Notes under the pieces: generated by a model
The model's input: the letters and a program-made list of their open reading frames with translations, nothing else
Databases searched by the model: none
What the model was told of the DNA's origin: nothing
Shown: positions 1 to 7,456 of the stretch, piece after piece
Layout: every line of letters starts with the position of its first letter
How positions within the stretch are numbered: position 1 is the first letter of the stretch
Made by a program: the position numbers and the translations under genes
Virus record (IMG/VR): IMGVR_UViG_2917791510_000001
Location: 1-64,000 of that record
Strand: one strand, 5' to 3'
DNA length: 64,000 nucleotides
Origin: a virus
Lineage: Duplodnaviria > Caudoviricetes

Positions 1-66
1 CGCCAGCAGCTCGTCGGCGGCCTCGCGGGCGTGGGCCAGCATCGGCCGGCGGTTGGTGTCGTTCAT
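1..66 (-). CDS. Hypothetical protein, 3' part outside window (MNDTNRRPMLAHARE...)
   Basis: ATG at 66, downstream of the promoter/operator at 96-131 and the GACCAAGGAA motif. Confidence 0.6.
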   Translation of the reverse strand, partial: MNDTNRRPMLAHAREAADELLA

Positions 67-188
67 GGTCTCTCGCTTCCTTGGTCAACACTGCATGAAT
101 TGATTAAATCACCGTGGCGCCCGGTCGACAACCCCCGGGAACGAAGAAGCCCCGGAACCATACGGCTCCGGGGCTTCGTGACCGAACG

Positions 189-401
189 TCAGGCGTAGTC
201 GCCGTCCTCAGCGTCCGGGACGGTGTCGACGTACGCAGCTTTCGTCCGCCACACCGCACCGCACGTCCGGCAGCAGAGTTCCGAGTAGTCCGACGGGGTG
301 CGGTGGTAGCCGTTGAAGGCGGAGTAGTTGGCTCGCCGGACCAGCACTCGCCACGCGGGGCGGTGCACCCTCCGGTCACGACAGGCGGTGCCGCCGCTCA
401 T
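189..401 (-). CDS. Small Cys-rich phage protein
   Basis: ATGA overlap with the upstream gene; CCxxC motif; followed by a terminator hairpin. Confidence 0.6.
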   Translation of the reverse strand: MSGGTACRDRRVHRPAWRVLVRRANYSAFNGYHRTPSDYSELCCRTCGAVWRTKAAYVDTVPDAEDGDYA

Positions 402-610
402 GCCCGGCCCCATTGCTTGAGCAGGTCCACGCGGCTCACGTCCTTGCGCGGGTAGTGCGTCTCGTCCGTGTCGCCGTCGAACAGGACGTAGACGAAGCGC
501 AAGCCGTCCACGCGCTTGATCTCCCCGGTCCGGCCAGCCCTCGGCCCGGTCCACGCCTTCACACGCTGCCCGATCGGGCTGGTGAACCGGACTTCGTCCT
601 TGAGTGCCAT
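398..610 (-). CDS. Small SH3/KOW-like phage protein
   Basis: SD GAGGAA; IGQRVK..GP.AGRTGEI pattern. Confidence 0.6.
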   Translation of the reverse strand: MALKDEVRFTSPIGQRVKAWTGPRAGRTGEIKRVDGLRFVYVLFDGDTDETHYPRKDVSRVDLLKQWGRA

Positions 611-629
611 CTGTTCCTCTCTTCCTTGA

Positions 630-779
630 TCAGCGTTCGTCGGCCGCCGGAGTGCCGTATCCCTCGTGGTGGTGGTCGGTCCAGCAGCCCGAGCAGAAAT
701 CCTTGCGGCAGATCCGGCACTTCGTCCGGGACTGCTCCCAGGTGCACCGGGAGCAGGGTTCCGGGGTCGTCTCGGTCAC
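630..779 (-). CDS. Small zinc-finger protein (B-box-like CxxC-CxxC-CxxC-H)
   Basis: GTGA overlap with the upstream stop; CSRC..CRIC..FCSGC..HHH. Confidence 0.55.
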   Translation of the reverse strand: MTETTPEPCSRCTWEQSRTKCRICRKDFCSGCWTDHHHEGYGTPAADER

Positions 780-1210
780 TTGTCCTCGCACTTGGAGCAG
801 AAGGTGTACAGGTACGCGTACTCGGAGGACTCGATCTCCCGGCGGCTGCGCAGGTTCCCGTGGCCGACCAGGGCGCCGCTTACGCGGCCGGCGCCCCGGG
901 AACGGATGCGCCGGTTGCACAGGGCCTTCAGTTCGGCGTCGAACCGGTGGACGTGCGTGCCGTTGGAAGCGGTCCCGGACCACTCCTTCACGTCTTCGGC
1001 AGCCGTCTCGGCCGGGGCGTCCACGAGGGTGAGGCGCACAGACCGGCCGTCCTTGTAGTCGATCCAGTGCCGGTCGCGGCCGGAGGACATCTCGCGGACG
1101 TCGCGCTTGCCGTCCATCATCGCGTGGTTGACCTCGGCCATGGCCTCACGGATGGAGACGTGGGTGGTGACGCCGTCTTCGGTCCGCTCGTACATCTTGT
1201 CCGTGGCCAT
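776..1210 (-). CDS. Hypothetical early phage protein
   Basis: SD AAGGAG; first gene after the promoter/operator at 1243-1279. Confidence 0.7.
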   Translation of the reverse strand: MATDKMYERTEDGVTTHVSIREAMAEVNHAMMDGKRDVREMSSGRDRHWIDYKDGRSVRLTLVDAPAETAAEDVKEWSGTASNGTHVHRFDAELKALCNRRIRSRGAGRVSGALVGHGNLRSRREIESSEYAYLYTFCSKCEDK

Positions 1211-1258
1211 GTCCCGCTCCTTGTTTCCTTGGTCTGTCCCGATGAATTAATTAAACCA

Positions 1259-2182
1259 TCATCCCGGGAGCGGTGCAACCCCCAGCGCGCGGCGGATTCC
1301 GCCCTCCAGCGAGACCTTCGGCGCGTAATACCGCAGCATCCGCGAGGGGTCGCCGACGCGGTACGCCACGCCGGCCGGCTTGTCCGCCAGCGGCCTGATC
1401 TCCGGCACGTATCCGGCGACTGCCGCCATCACCCGGGCCAGCTCCGTGAACGGGGTCGCCACGCCCGTGCACAGGTTCACCGGGTCCTCGGTGCCCGAGT
1501 CGGCTACGGCGAGCGCCCCGGCCACGAGGTCGTCCACGTGGATCCAGTCACGCACCTGCTCGCCGGACCCCCAGATCTCGAGCGGATCCTCACGGCGGCG
1601 CACCCGCTCGAGGATCGCGCGGAACGGGTACGCGGCGTCCTGGTCCTCGCCGTAGCCACTGAACGGCCGGACGACGGTCACGGGCACGCCCGCCTCGCGC
1701 AGCCTGGCCGCCAGCAGTTCGCCGGTCACCTTGGACCAGCCGTACACCTGGTCCGGCATGTCCAGTCCTTCGGCCAGGTCCACGAAGTCCTCGCGCAGCC
1801 TGTACTCGTAGCCAGGGACTTGGAGCCGAACCGGGTATGCCGCGCTGGAGCTGAAGTAGAGCACCCGGCCGGGCCTGGCCACGGCGGCCCACCGGAACAT
1901 CTCCGCGTCGATGCTCAGCGATTCGGCCGTGGCGAGCGGGTCGCCGTCGATGGTCTCCCGGCCGCCGACCACGGCGGCGCAGTGCACCACCAGGTCCCAG
2001 TGGCCTGCCAGGATCTCGCGGTACTCCCGCCCCCGGGACAGGTAGGCCCGGAAGTAGCTCCGGCAGTCCTGTGCGGGGGAGGCATTCACGTCCAGGCCGT
2101 ACACCTCGTACCCGCGCGCCCGCAGCTCCGCCGCGAAGTGCCTGCCGAGGAAGCCCCGGTCACCACTGACGAGCGCTCTCAT
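1259..2182 (-). CDS. NAD-dependent nucleotide-sugar epimerase/dehydratase (extended SDR)
   Basis: MRALVSGDRGFLG Rossmann motif, YFSSSAAY, YGWSK catalytic YxxxK, RDWIHVDD; ATGA overlap gives start 2182. Confidence 0.9.
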   Translation of the reverse strand: MRALVSGDRGFLGRHFAAELRARGYEVYGLDVNASPAQDCRSYFRAYLSRGREYREILAGHWDLVVHCAAVVGGRETIDGDPLATAESLSIDAEMFRWAAVARPGRVLYFSSSAAYPVRLQVPGYEYRLREDFVDLAEGLDMPDQVYGWSKVTGELLAARLREAGVPVTVVRPFSGYGEDQDAAYPFRAILERVRRREDPLEIWGSGEQVRDWIHVDDLVAGALAVADSGTEDPVNLCTGVATPFTELARVMAAVAGYVPEIRPLADKPAGVAYRVGDPSRMLRYYAPKVSLEGGIRRALGVAPLPG

Positions 2183-2817
2183 GCCCGCACCGCCATCCAG
2201 AGTTGGTACGTGTAGGCGCCGGGCATGTGCTGAGTGGAGACAGGCTTCAGCAGCTTCAACTCCAGGGGGTCCCAGCCGCTGGCCTGGAGCATTCCGTGGA
2301 TATCCGCCTGTCCCCAGCCCCAGTAGTGCTCGGGGTTGCCCTCGCGGGGGCTCTCGTCCAGGGGTGTGGACAGGAACAGGTACCGGGCACAGCCGCCGAT
2401 CCGGCGCAGCAGGTCGTCCGGGTCGTCGACATGCTCCAACGTCTCGGAGAGCACGAAGAGGTCGACCTGGCCGTCCAGGTGCTCCAGGGTCGCCGGAAGA
2501 AGTCCGTCCGGTACAGCATGCGTCCGCACCCTCCGCAGTCCCCAGTCGGCCGTGCCCGGAGCGCCGTTCAGGTCTCCGAGGTACGCGACCCGGAAGCGCT
2601 TCATCCCGAGCAGACCCCGGATGATCGCTCCGTCCCCGCACGAGAGGTCCGCCACGGAGACGACCTGGTTGTGGTACTGGCGGATCATGTCCACCGAGGC
2701 GGCGACCCGCTCCACGTGGTCGGGCCAGCCGTCGTGCCGGTAACCGTCGGGGTAGCGGTCGGCGTAGAACGCTGCTTCACCTTCGGGCCGTGCCGCACGC
2801 AGCCGAATCCGCGTCAC
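2179..2817 (-). CDS. Class I SAM-dependent methyltransferase-like protein
   Basis: VADLSCGDG motif I; DLFVLSETLEHVDDP; translationally coupled in the sugar operon. Confidence 0.8.
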   Translation of the reverse strand: MTRIRLRAARPEGEAAFYADRYPDGYRHDGWPDHVERVAASVDMIRQYHNQVVSVADLSCGDGAIIRGLLGMKRFRVAYLGDLNGAPGTADWGLRRVRTHAVPDGLLPATLEHLDGQVDLFVLSETLEHVDDPDDLLRRIGGCARYLFLSTPLDESPREGNPEHYWGWGQADIHGMLQASGWDPLELKLLKPVSTQHMPGAYTYQLWMAVRA

Positions 2818-3518
2818 AGCCCCGCCTCCCGCGCCCCGTACTCATCGCGCACCCGGCGCAGCGCGGCGGCGAATCCGTAGCCGTGCCGGAACTCCAGCCA
2901 CGCCCGGCGGTCCAGCGCGTCGGCCTCGCTCGAGTTCACCGCCTCGTACCGGGCGTCCATCGCGACCTTCCCGGCCGCCGGGTGGATGTGCTCGATCACG
3001 ACGTCCGGCAGGTAGCGCAGCCCGCCCAGCGCCTGTCCCAGCTCCAGCCAGAAGTTGTCCACGTACAGGTGGCGGAGCACGGGCGGGGCCATGAAGCCGA
3101 GCGCGCGCACGAGCCGGCTGGGCAGGAACGCGGCCGTCGGCAGCGCGCCGCCCTGGAGCAGGTCGTTGCCGTATACCACGCTCGGTTCCTCGCGGTCCAG
3201 CGCGCCGAGCACGTGGGCGTCCCACCCGACCGTGCGCGGCAGGTGGTCGTCGCCCATGAATCCGAGGTGGTCGTAGATGCCGTCATACAGCCCGGCCGCC
3301 CAGTTGAGCGCGGCGGTCATGCCCTGCCCCGTGCCGTCCCGGTGGATCAGCAGCCGGGGCGCCGCCTCGTGGTAGGCGGGCAGTTCGGGGTCGTCATGGT
3401 CGGCGACGAAGACCAGCTCGGCGTTCAGGGAGTCGGTGTCCTCGAAGGCCTGCACCAGCCGGGCCGCGTTCTGCGGGCGGCCTCGAGTCGGGACGATGAC
3501 CAGCAGCGGTGCCGTCAC
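2814..3518 (-). CDS. Glycosyltransferase family 2 (GT-A fold)
   Basis: LVIVPTRGR N-terminus, FMGDD acidic motif, VIEHIHP; GTG start after SD AAGGA. Confidence 0.85.
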   Translation of the reverse strand: MTAPLLVIVPTRGRPQNAARLVQAFEDTDSLNAELVFVADHDDPELPAYHEAAPRLLIHRDGTGQGMTAALNWAAGLYDGIYDHLGFMGDDHLPRTVGWDAHVLGALDREEPSVVYGNDLLQGGALPTAAFLPSRLVRALGFMAPPVLRHLYVDNFWLELGQALGGLRYLPDVVIEHIHPAAGKVAMDARYEAVNSSEADALDRRAWLEFRHGYGFAAALRRVRDEYGAREAGL

Positions 3519-3553
3519 CGGCGGTCCTTTCCTTGGTCCGTCAGGTCGCCGGA

Positions 3554-3580
3554 AAGGTACCGGGAATCGCCGGAATCGCC
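3554..3580 (-). promoter_or_regulatory. Putative late promoter GGCGATTC-N13-TACCTT driving the GT/MT/epimerase operon
   Basis: Same motif and 13-nt spacing as sites upstream of portal, capsid, holin, Rpf and rmlB. Confidence 0.65.
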
Positions 3581-3660
3581 GCACCGCTCGCTGCGCTCAC
3601 GGGTCCACAGCATGCCGAAGCCCCGGGCCCTGAGGCTCCGGGGCTTCGGGGTCGGGTGGG

Positions 3661-3873
3661 TCAGCGGCCGTGGATGCAGAACTCCCGACGGAACCGGGAG
3701 ATGGTGTACCCCGTGCGGGGCAGTTCGGCGGCCGTGGTGTCGATGACGTACCAGCGCCTCGGACCCCGGCCGCGCGTCACTTCGGTGTCGTCGTTGTACG
3801 GCTCCAGCCGGTAACGGCCGTCGTTGGTCTCGTACACCCCGCCACCGAGGCGCTTGAGGGTCCGGGCGGTCAT
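3661..3873 (-). CDS. Hypothetical protein (MTARTLKRLGGG...)
   Basis: TGATG coupling with the upstream gene; ends at a hairpin cassette. Confidence 0.6.
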   Translation of the reverse strand: MTARTLKRLGGGVYETNDGRYRLEPYNDDTEVTRGRGPRRWYVIDTTAAELPRTGYTISRFRREFCIHGR

Positions 3874-4112
3874 CAGCCAACCCTCATCGGGCGGGCGTTG
3901 CTCTCGTCGGCCTCCGTGGCGTTCCTCTCCACACGTTCCGCGAGGTGGTGCGCCATCTCCGGGTCGATCTCGATGTAGACCACGCGGCCTTCGTGCGTCT
4001 CGGGATCCACGATGCGCGCCTGGAGATAGACCACCCTCTTGCCGCTGGTGGCGGAGAGACGGTTGCCCCATCCGGTCAGGCGCGCGGTCCACGGTTTCAT
4101 GCGTCCGGCCAT
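3873..4112 (-). CDS. Hypothetical protein
   Basis: Fills the operon; SD-like GAGGA upstream. Confidence 0.6.
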   Translation of the reverse strand: MAGRMKPWTARLTGWGNRLSATSGKRVVYLQARIVDPETHEGRVVYIEIDPEMAHHLAERVERNATEADESNARPMRVG

Positions 4113-4114
4113 CG

Positions 4115-4333
4115 TCAGTCGTCCTCATCTTCCTCGGTGAAGCACTCCTCACAACCGTCCTTGGGCTGCTCCTCGTGATCCGGGCACAGCTCCTTGACGG
4201 TCAGGTCGTCGGCTTCCTCGCCGTCCTCGGTGATGAGCCGCTGGCGCTCGGTCTCAGTCTCGCCGGTGGAGTAGCACGGGGCGTAGATGCAGCCGCCGGC
4301 GGATTCACTGAAGATCCCGTATTCAGCGCTCAT
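4115..4333 (-). CDS. Small acidic Cys-containing protein
   Basis: GACCAAGGAA plus GAGGA SD upstream. Confidence 0.7.
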   Translation of the reverse strand: MSAEYGIFSESAGGCIYAPCYSTGETETERQRLITEDGEEADDLTVKELCPDHEEQPKDGCEECFTEEDEDD

Positions 4334-4354
4334 GGTCGGTTCCTCGTTCCTTGG

Positions 4355-4915
4355 TCAGCGGGTGAAGCGGTCGGCGACGGCCCAGCGCAGTTCCTTCAGG
4401 GCCTGCCGCTTGTTGGGGATCGGGTCGCCGTAGCTGAGTCCGCCGCCCGTGCTCACGACCCACCCGGAGAAACTGGCGCCTTCGCTCTTGTAGAAGCGCG
4501 TTGCTTCCCCGATCAATTCGACCTCGTACGGCAAGTCGGTGCGCAGGATGTTCTCCAGGGCTTCGGCCGGGTCCACGGTCGGGTCGGAGCACCACACGGC
4601 GGTGACGAAGTTGCCCTCGTCGACGTACTGCACGTTCTCGGCGTTGTACGAGCGGCGGGCGGGCTTCTCGGTGACGATCCTGCGGACGTCGCGGGAGTGC
4701 CATTCAACGACGTCCTTGCGCAGGACAGCGGAGTCGGGCTTGTAGGAGGCCGGGTCACCGCAGACCACCCGGACCGTCTTCGCGGTGACCTTGGTGACCA
4801 CTCCGGTGCGCGAGTACAGGCCGCGTCCGTTGAACCCGGTTTCCCGGGTCATGAATTGGAGGCGGTCGCCCACGTGCACGTTGCTGGGGTTGACACCCTC
4901 GTAGGTCTCGCTCAT
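4355..4915 (-). CDS. Hypothetical early protein
   Basis: ATG at 4915 after SD GAGGAA and the promoter/operator at 4949-4985. Confidence 0.7.
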   Translation of the reverse strand: MSETYEGVNPSNVHVGDRLQFMTRETGFNGRGLYSRTGVVTKVTAKTVRVVCGDPASYKPDSAVLRKDVVEWHSRDVRRIVTEKPARRSYNAENVQYVDEGNFVTAVWCSDPTVDPAEALENILRTDLPYEVELIGEATRFYKSEGASFSGWVVSTGGGLSYGDPIPNKRQALKELRWAVADRFTR

Positions 4916-5042
4916 GGTCGGTTCCTCGTTCCGTGGTCTCTGTCCCGATGAATTAATTAAACCATAGTCCCGACGAACGTGCAACCCCGGAACACAGCGA
5001 AGCCCCGGGCCGTGAGGCTCCGGGGCTTCGGGGTCGGGCAGG

Positions 5043-5339
5043 TCAGTAGGTCTCCAGCTCACTGACCGCCTCGTACAGCGTGTTGTCGATGGTCCCAAGG
5101 ACTTCCTGTGCCTTGGGGCTGTCCCCGAGCAGGTCGACAGCGGTGAGGTGGTTCGCCGCCTCCTCCAGCCACTCGCAGTTCGGGTCAAGCGAGCTGAGCT
5201 TGCCCGAGGTGTCCCGCAGGAGGGACGCGAGACCGGCGAACGTGGCGCCGTACTCGGTCACGTCGAGGCCTACGACGGCAGTGAGCCGCCCGGCGTACTC
5301 GGCGTGCAGGGATTCGGCTGAGGTCGTCTTGGTAGCCAT
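5043..5339 (-). CDS. Hypothetical helical protein
   Basis: GACCAAGGAA plus GAGGAA SD; ends at a hairpin cassette. Confidence 0.7.
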   Translation of the reverse strand: MATKTTSAESLHAEYAGRLTAVVGLDVTEYGATFAGLASLLRDTSGKLSSLDPNCEWLEEAANHLTAVDLLGDSPKAQEVLGTIDNTLYEAVSELETY

Positions 5340-5388
5340 GGTTCCTCGTTTCCTTGGTCGGGTGGTGCGGGGCTTCGGGGTCGGGCGG

Positions 5389-5487
5389 TCAGATGTTGCA
5401 GTTGGCGCACTTCCCACCGCTGGCCGGCTGCTTGCAGAAGAAACAGATCCAGGCGAGCCGGGCGAGACGGTTGACGGCGGACTTCAT
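5389..5487 (-). CDS. 32-aa zinc-ribbon-like micropeptide (MKSAVNRLARLAWICFFCKQPASGGKCANCNI)
   Basis: Not in the ORF track; own promoter/operator at 5519, SD GAGGAA, CxxC..CxxC. Confidence 0.6.
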   Translation of the reverse strand: MKSAVNRLARLAWICFFCKQPASGGKCANCNI

Positions 5488-5620
5488 GGGTTCCTCGATT
5501 CCTTGGACAGAGTTCCGGTGAATTAACTAAACCAAGGATCCGTCGGGTGCGCAACCCCAGGAACGCCAAGAGGCCCGGATCCGTTGGGAATCCGGGCCTC
5601 TTCCAGGCTGTGCCATGACG

Positions 5621-6037
5621 TCACCGCCTCTTGCGCCCCAGCGCCTCCGCCTTGGCCGCGTCCATCGCCGCCTTGCCCCGGGCCGCGATGGCGCCGGTCT
5701 GCGAGTTGATGACGTACGCGATCACCAGCCCGAGCAGGGCCAGAGCCGCGAGCACCGCCACCACGACGACCAGCACCGTGGCCAGCACCGCCGCGCAGAT
5801 CGTGAGGACGACGCAGGCGAGCAGCGCCGTCCACAGATACGGGAGGATCTTGTGCGCCATCGACTGCTGCGGACCCTGGTGGACGATGTGGTCCGCCGGG
5901 ATCGGGGCCGCCGGCGCGTAGTGGTGGTGCACGTGGACGTGGACTCCGCCCTCTGCGCCTTGCGGCGGCGTCGGGTTGGCCCGCAGGTAGTCCAGCAGCT
6001 CGCCGGGGACGGGGGCATGCCTCCGTTCTATCTCCAT
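5621..6037 (-). CDS. Membrane protein, possibly Spd-like spread protein
   Basis: Long hydrophobic hairpin, HVHVHHH motif, basic tail; near traB. Confidence 0.6.
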   Translation of the reverse strand: MEIERRHAPVPGELLDYLRANPTPPQGAEGGVHVHVHHHYAPAAPIPADHIVHQGPQQSMAHKILPYLWTALLACVVLTICAAVLATVLVVVVAVLAALALLGLVIAYVINSQTGAIAARGKAAMDAAKAEALGRKRR

Positions 6038-6181
6038 GATCTCGATTCCTTGATTCCTTGGACAGTCGGGGCCCTGATGGACCCTCGAATTAGTTGTACC
6101 ACGGCCGTGGCCAGGTCAACCGCCTGCGAAAACGACGAAGCCCCGGGCCGTTTCGGCTCCGGGGCTTCGGGTCGGGACGGG

Positions 6182-6388
6182 TCACCTCTGGGATTGTTCC
6201 TCCGCTTCGTCGGCCTTACGGAGCAGAACGGCTGCGAGTTCCCGCGCCTGTGCGGGGGTGTGGCGTGCGGTGGACGGCGGGGCGTAGTCCCCAGCGTCGG
6301 TGAACACCTGCACCTCCCCGTCTTCGGCCGACACCGTTGTGTCTGTGTTGTCGTGGCCTTTGATCGTCGTCATCTCGGAGTTGCTCAC
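6182..6388 (-). CDS. Hypothetical protein (TPAQARELAAVLLRKAD motif)
   Basis: GTG start after GAGGAA; flanked by hairpin cassettes. Confidence 0.6.
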   Translation of the reverse strand: MSNSEMTTIKGHDNTDTTVSAEDGEVQVFTDAGDYAPPSTARHTPAQARELAAVLLRKADEAEEQSQR

Positions 6389-6464
6389 CGGAGGTTCCTC
6401 GTTCCTCAGTCGATTCGGGTGAAGCTCCGGGCCGTTTCGGCTCCGGGGCTTCGAGTCGGGGCGG

Positions 6465-6656
6465 TCAGGCTCCGGAGACCAGACGCACCTTGCGCTGGAA
6501 CAGGCGCAGCGCGTCGCCCCGGCTGCGGGTGGCGTGCGAAACACGGTCACCCCGGCGAACCCTGTACCACGTGCCCGGGGTGCCCATGGTCCCGAAGTCG
6601 TCGGAGGCGACCTCCAACGCGATCCCGGCGCGAAGCGTCTCGGTGGTCCAGGTCAT
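6465..6656 (-). CDS. Hypothetical early protein
   Basis: SD GGAGG; promoter/operator at 6682. Confidence 0.65.
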   Translation of the reverse strand: MTWTTETLRAGIALEVASDDFGTMGTPGTWYRVRRGDRVSHATRSRGDALRLFQRKVRLVSGA

Positions 6657-6722
6657 CAGTTCCTCCAGCGGTCGGTCTCAATGAATTAACTAAACCATCA
6701 ATCCGGCGACCGCGCAACACCC

Positions 6723-7172
6723 CTACGCGGCGAACCGCCAGACGGCCTGTCCGCCCCGGGAGTCGTCCACCAGACGGCCCTCGTCCACGAGGGTGCCGAG
6801 CACCATGTAGATCCAGGGGCGGGACCGCCCTGTCATCTCGGACAGGTCCCGGAAGTGCTGGACCGTCATCCGCTCGATTCCGGCGGCCCGCAGGGCCTCC
6901 AGACGGGCCTCCACGAGACGGCGTGCCTCGGCCTGTGTGGGGCGCGGACGGCCCCGGGCGGCGGCCAGATCAGGCGCCGTGGCGACGGCCTCCAGGCGGG
7001 CCGTGGAGCGGTGTGCGGCGGCCTCCCGGCGGGCCAGGCCGAGGGAGCCCTGGAGCACCCCAGGGACGACTTCCTGGGCCACCTCCAGGCCGTGCAGGGC
7101 GCACAGCGGGACGGGCTTGGTGATGACGGGGGCGGCGTCGCAACGGGCGGCGCAGGTCAGTTCCTTGCTCAT
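6723..7172 (-). CDS. Protein with N-terminal Cys/His motif and C-terminal winged-HTH resembling the TraB C-terminus
   Basis: GRSRPWIYMVLGTLVDEGRL resembles TraB GRSRVWVYDELERLEEIGVL; SD AAAGGA. Confidence 0.65.
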   Translation of the reverse strand: MSKELTCAARCDAAPVITKPVPLCALHGLEVAQEVVPGVLQGSLGLARREAAAHRSTARLEAVATAPDLAAARGRPRPTQAEARRLVEARLEALRAAGIERMTVQHFRDLSEMTGRSRPWIYMVLGTLVDEGRLVDDSRGGQAVWRFAA

Positions 7173-7261
7173 GTCAGTGGTCCTTTGTCAGAGTTCCTTG
7201 GTCGTGTCGGAGGACCGGCCGGACGGGAGAGAACCAAGGCCAGGGGCCCGCTGGGCTCCCG

Positions 7262-7400
7262 GCCGACAACCGACTGACGGTCCGACAACGTCAGCCAAGA
7301 TCGCCGAATGACGCTCCGACAGGCGGCTGACGAGCCGACACCTTCAGTGTGCCCCACCGAATGACGTTTCTACACACGACTGACGTGCCGACAAACGTCA
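7262..7400. repeat. clt-like array of short direct repeats (CCGACA and CGA(C/A)TGACG units) downstream of traB
   Basis: Non-coding; CCGACA at 7263, 7282, 7316, 7335, 7388, interleaved with TGACG units. Confidence 0.6.
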
Positions 7401-7456
7401 GGGCGGGCACCCGGTTGACTACCCGGATGCCCGCCCTGACACGTTGCCGTTGATGC

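Noticed and set aside
146-6452. Repeated GAAGCCCCGG hairpins as a CRISPR array
   Set aside because: Spacing is irregular (hundreds to thousands of bp), whole genes lie between copies, there is no cas operon, and they sit after stop codons like terminators.
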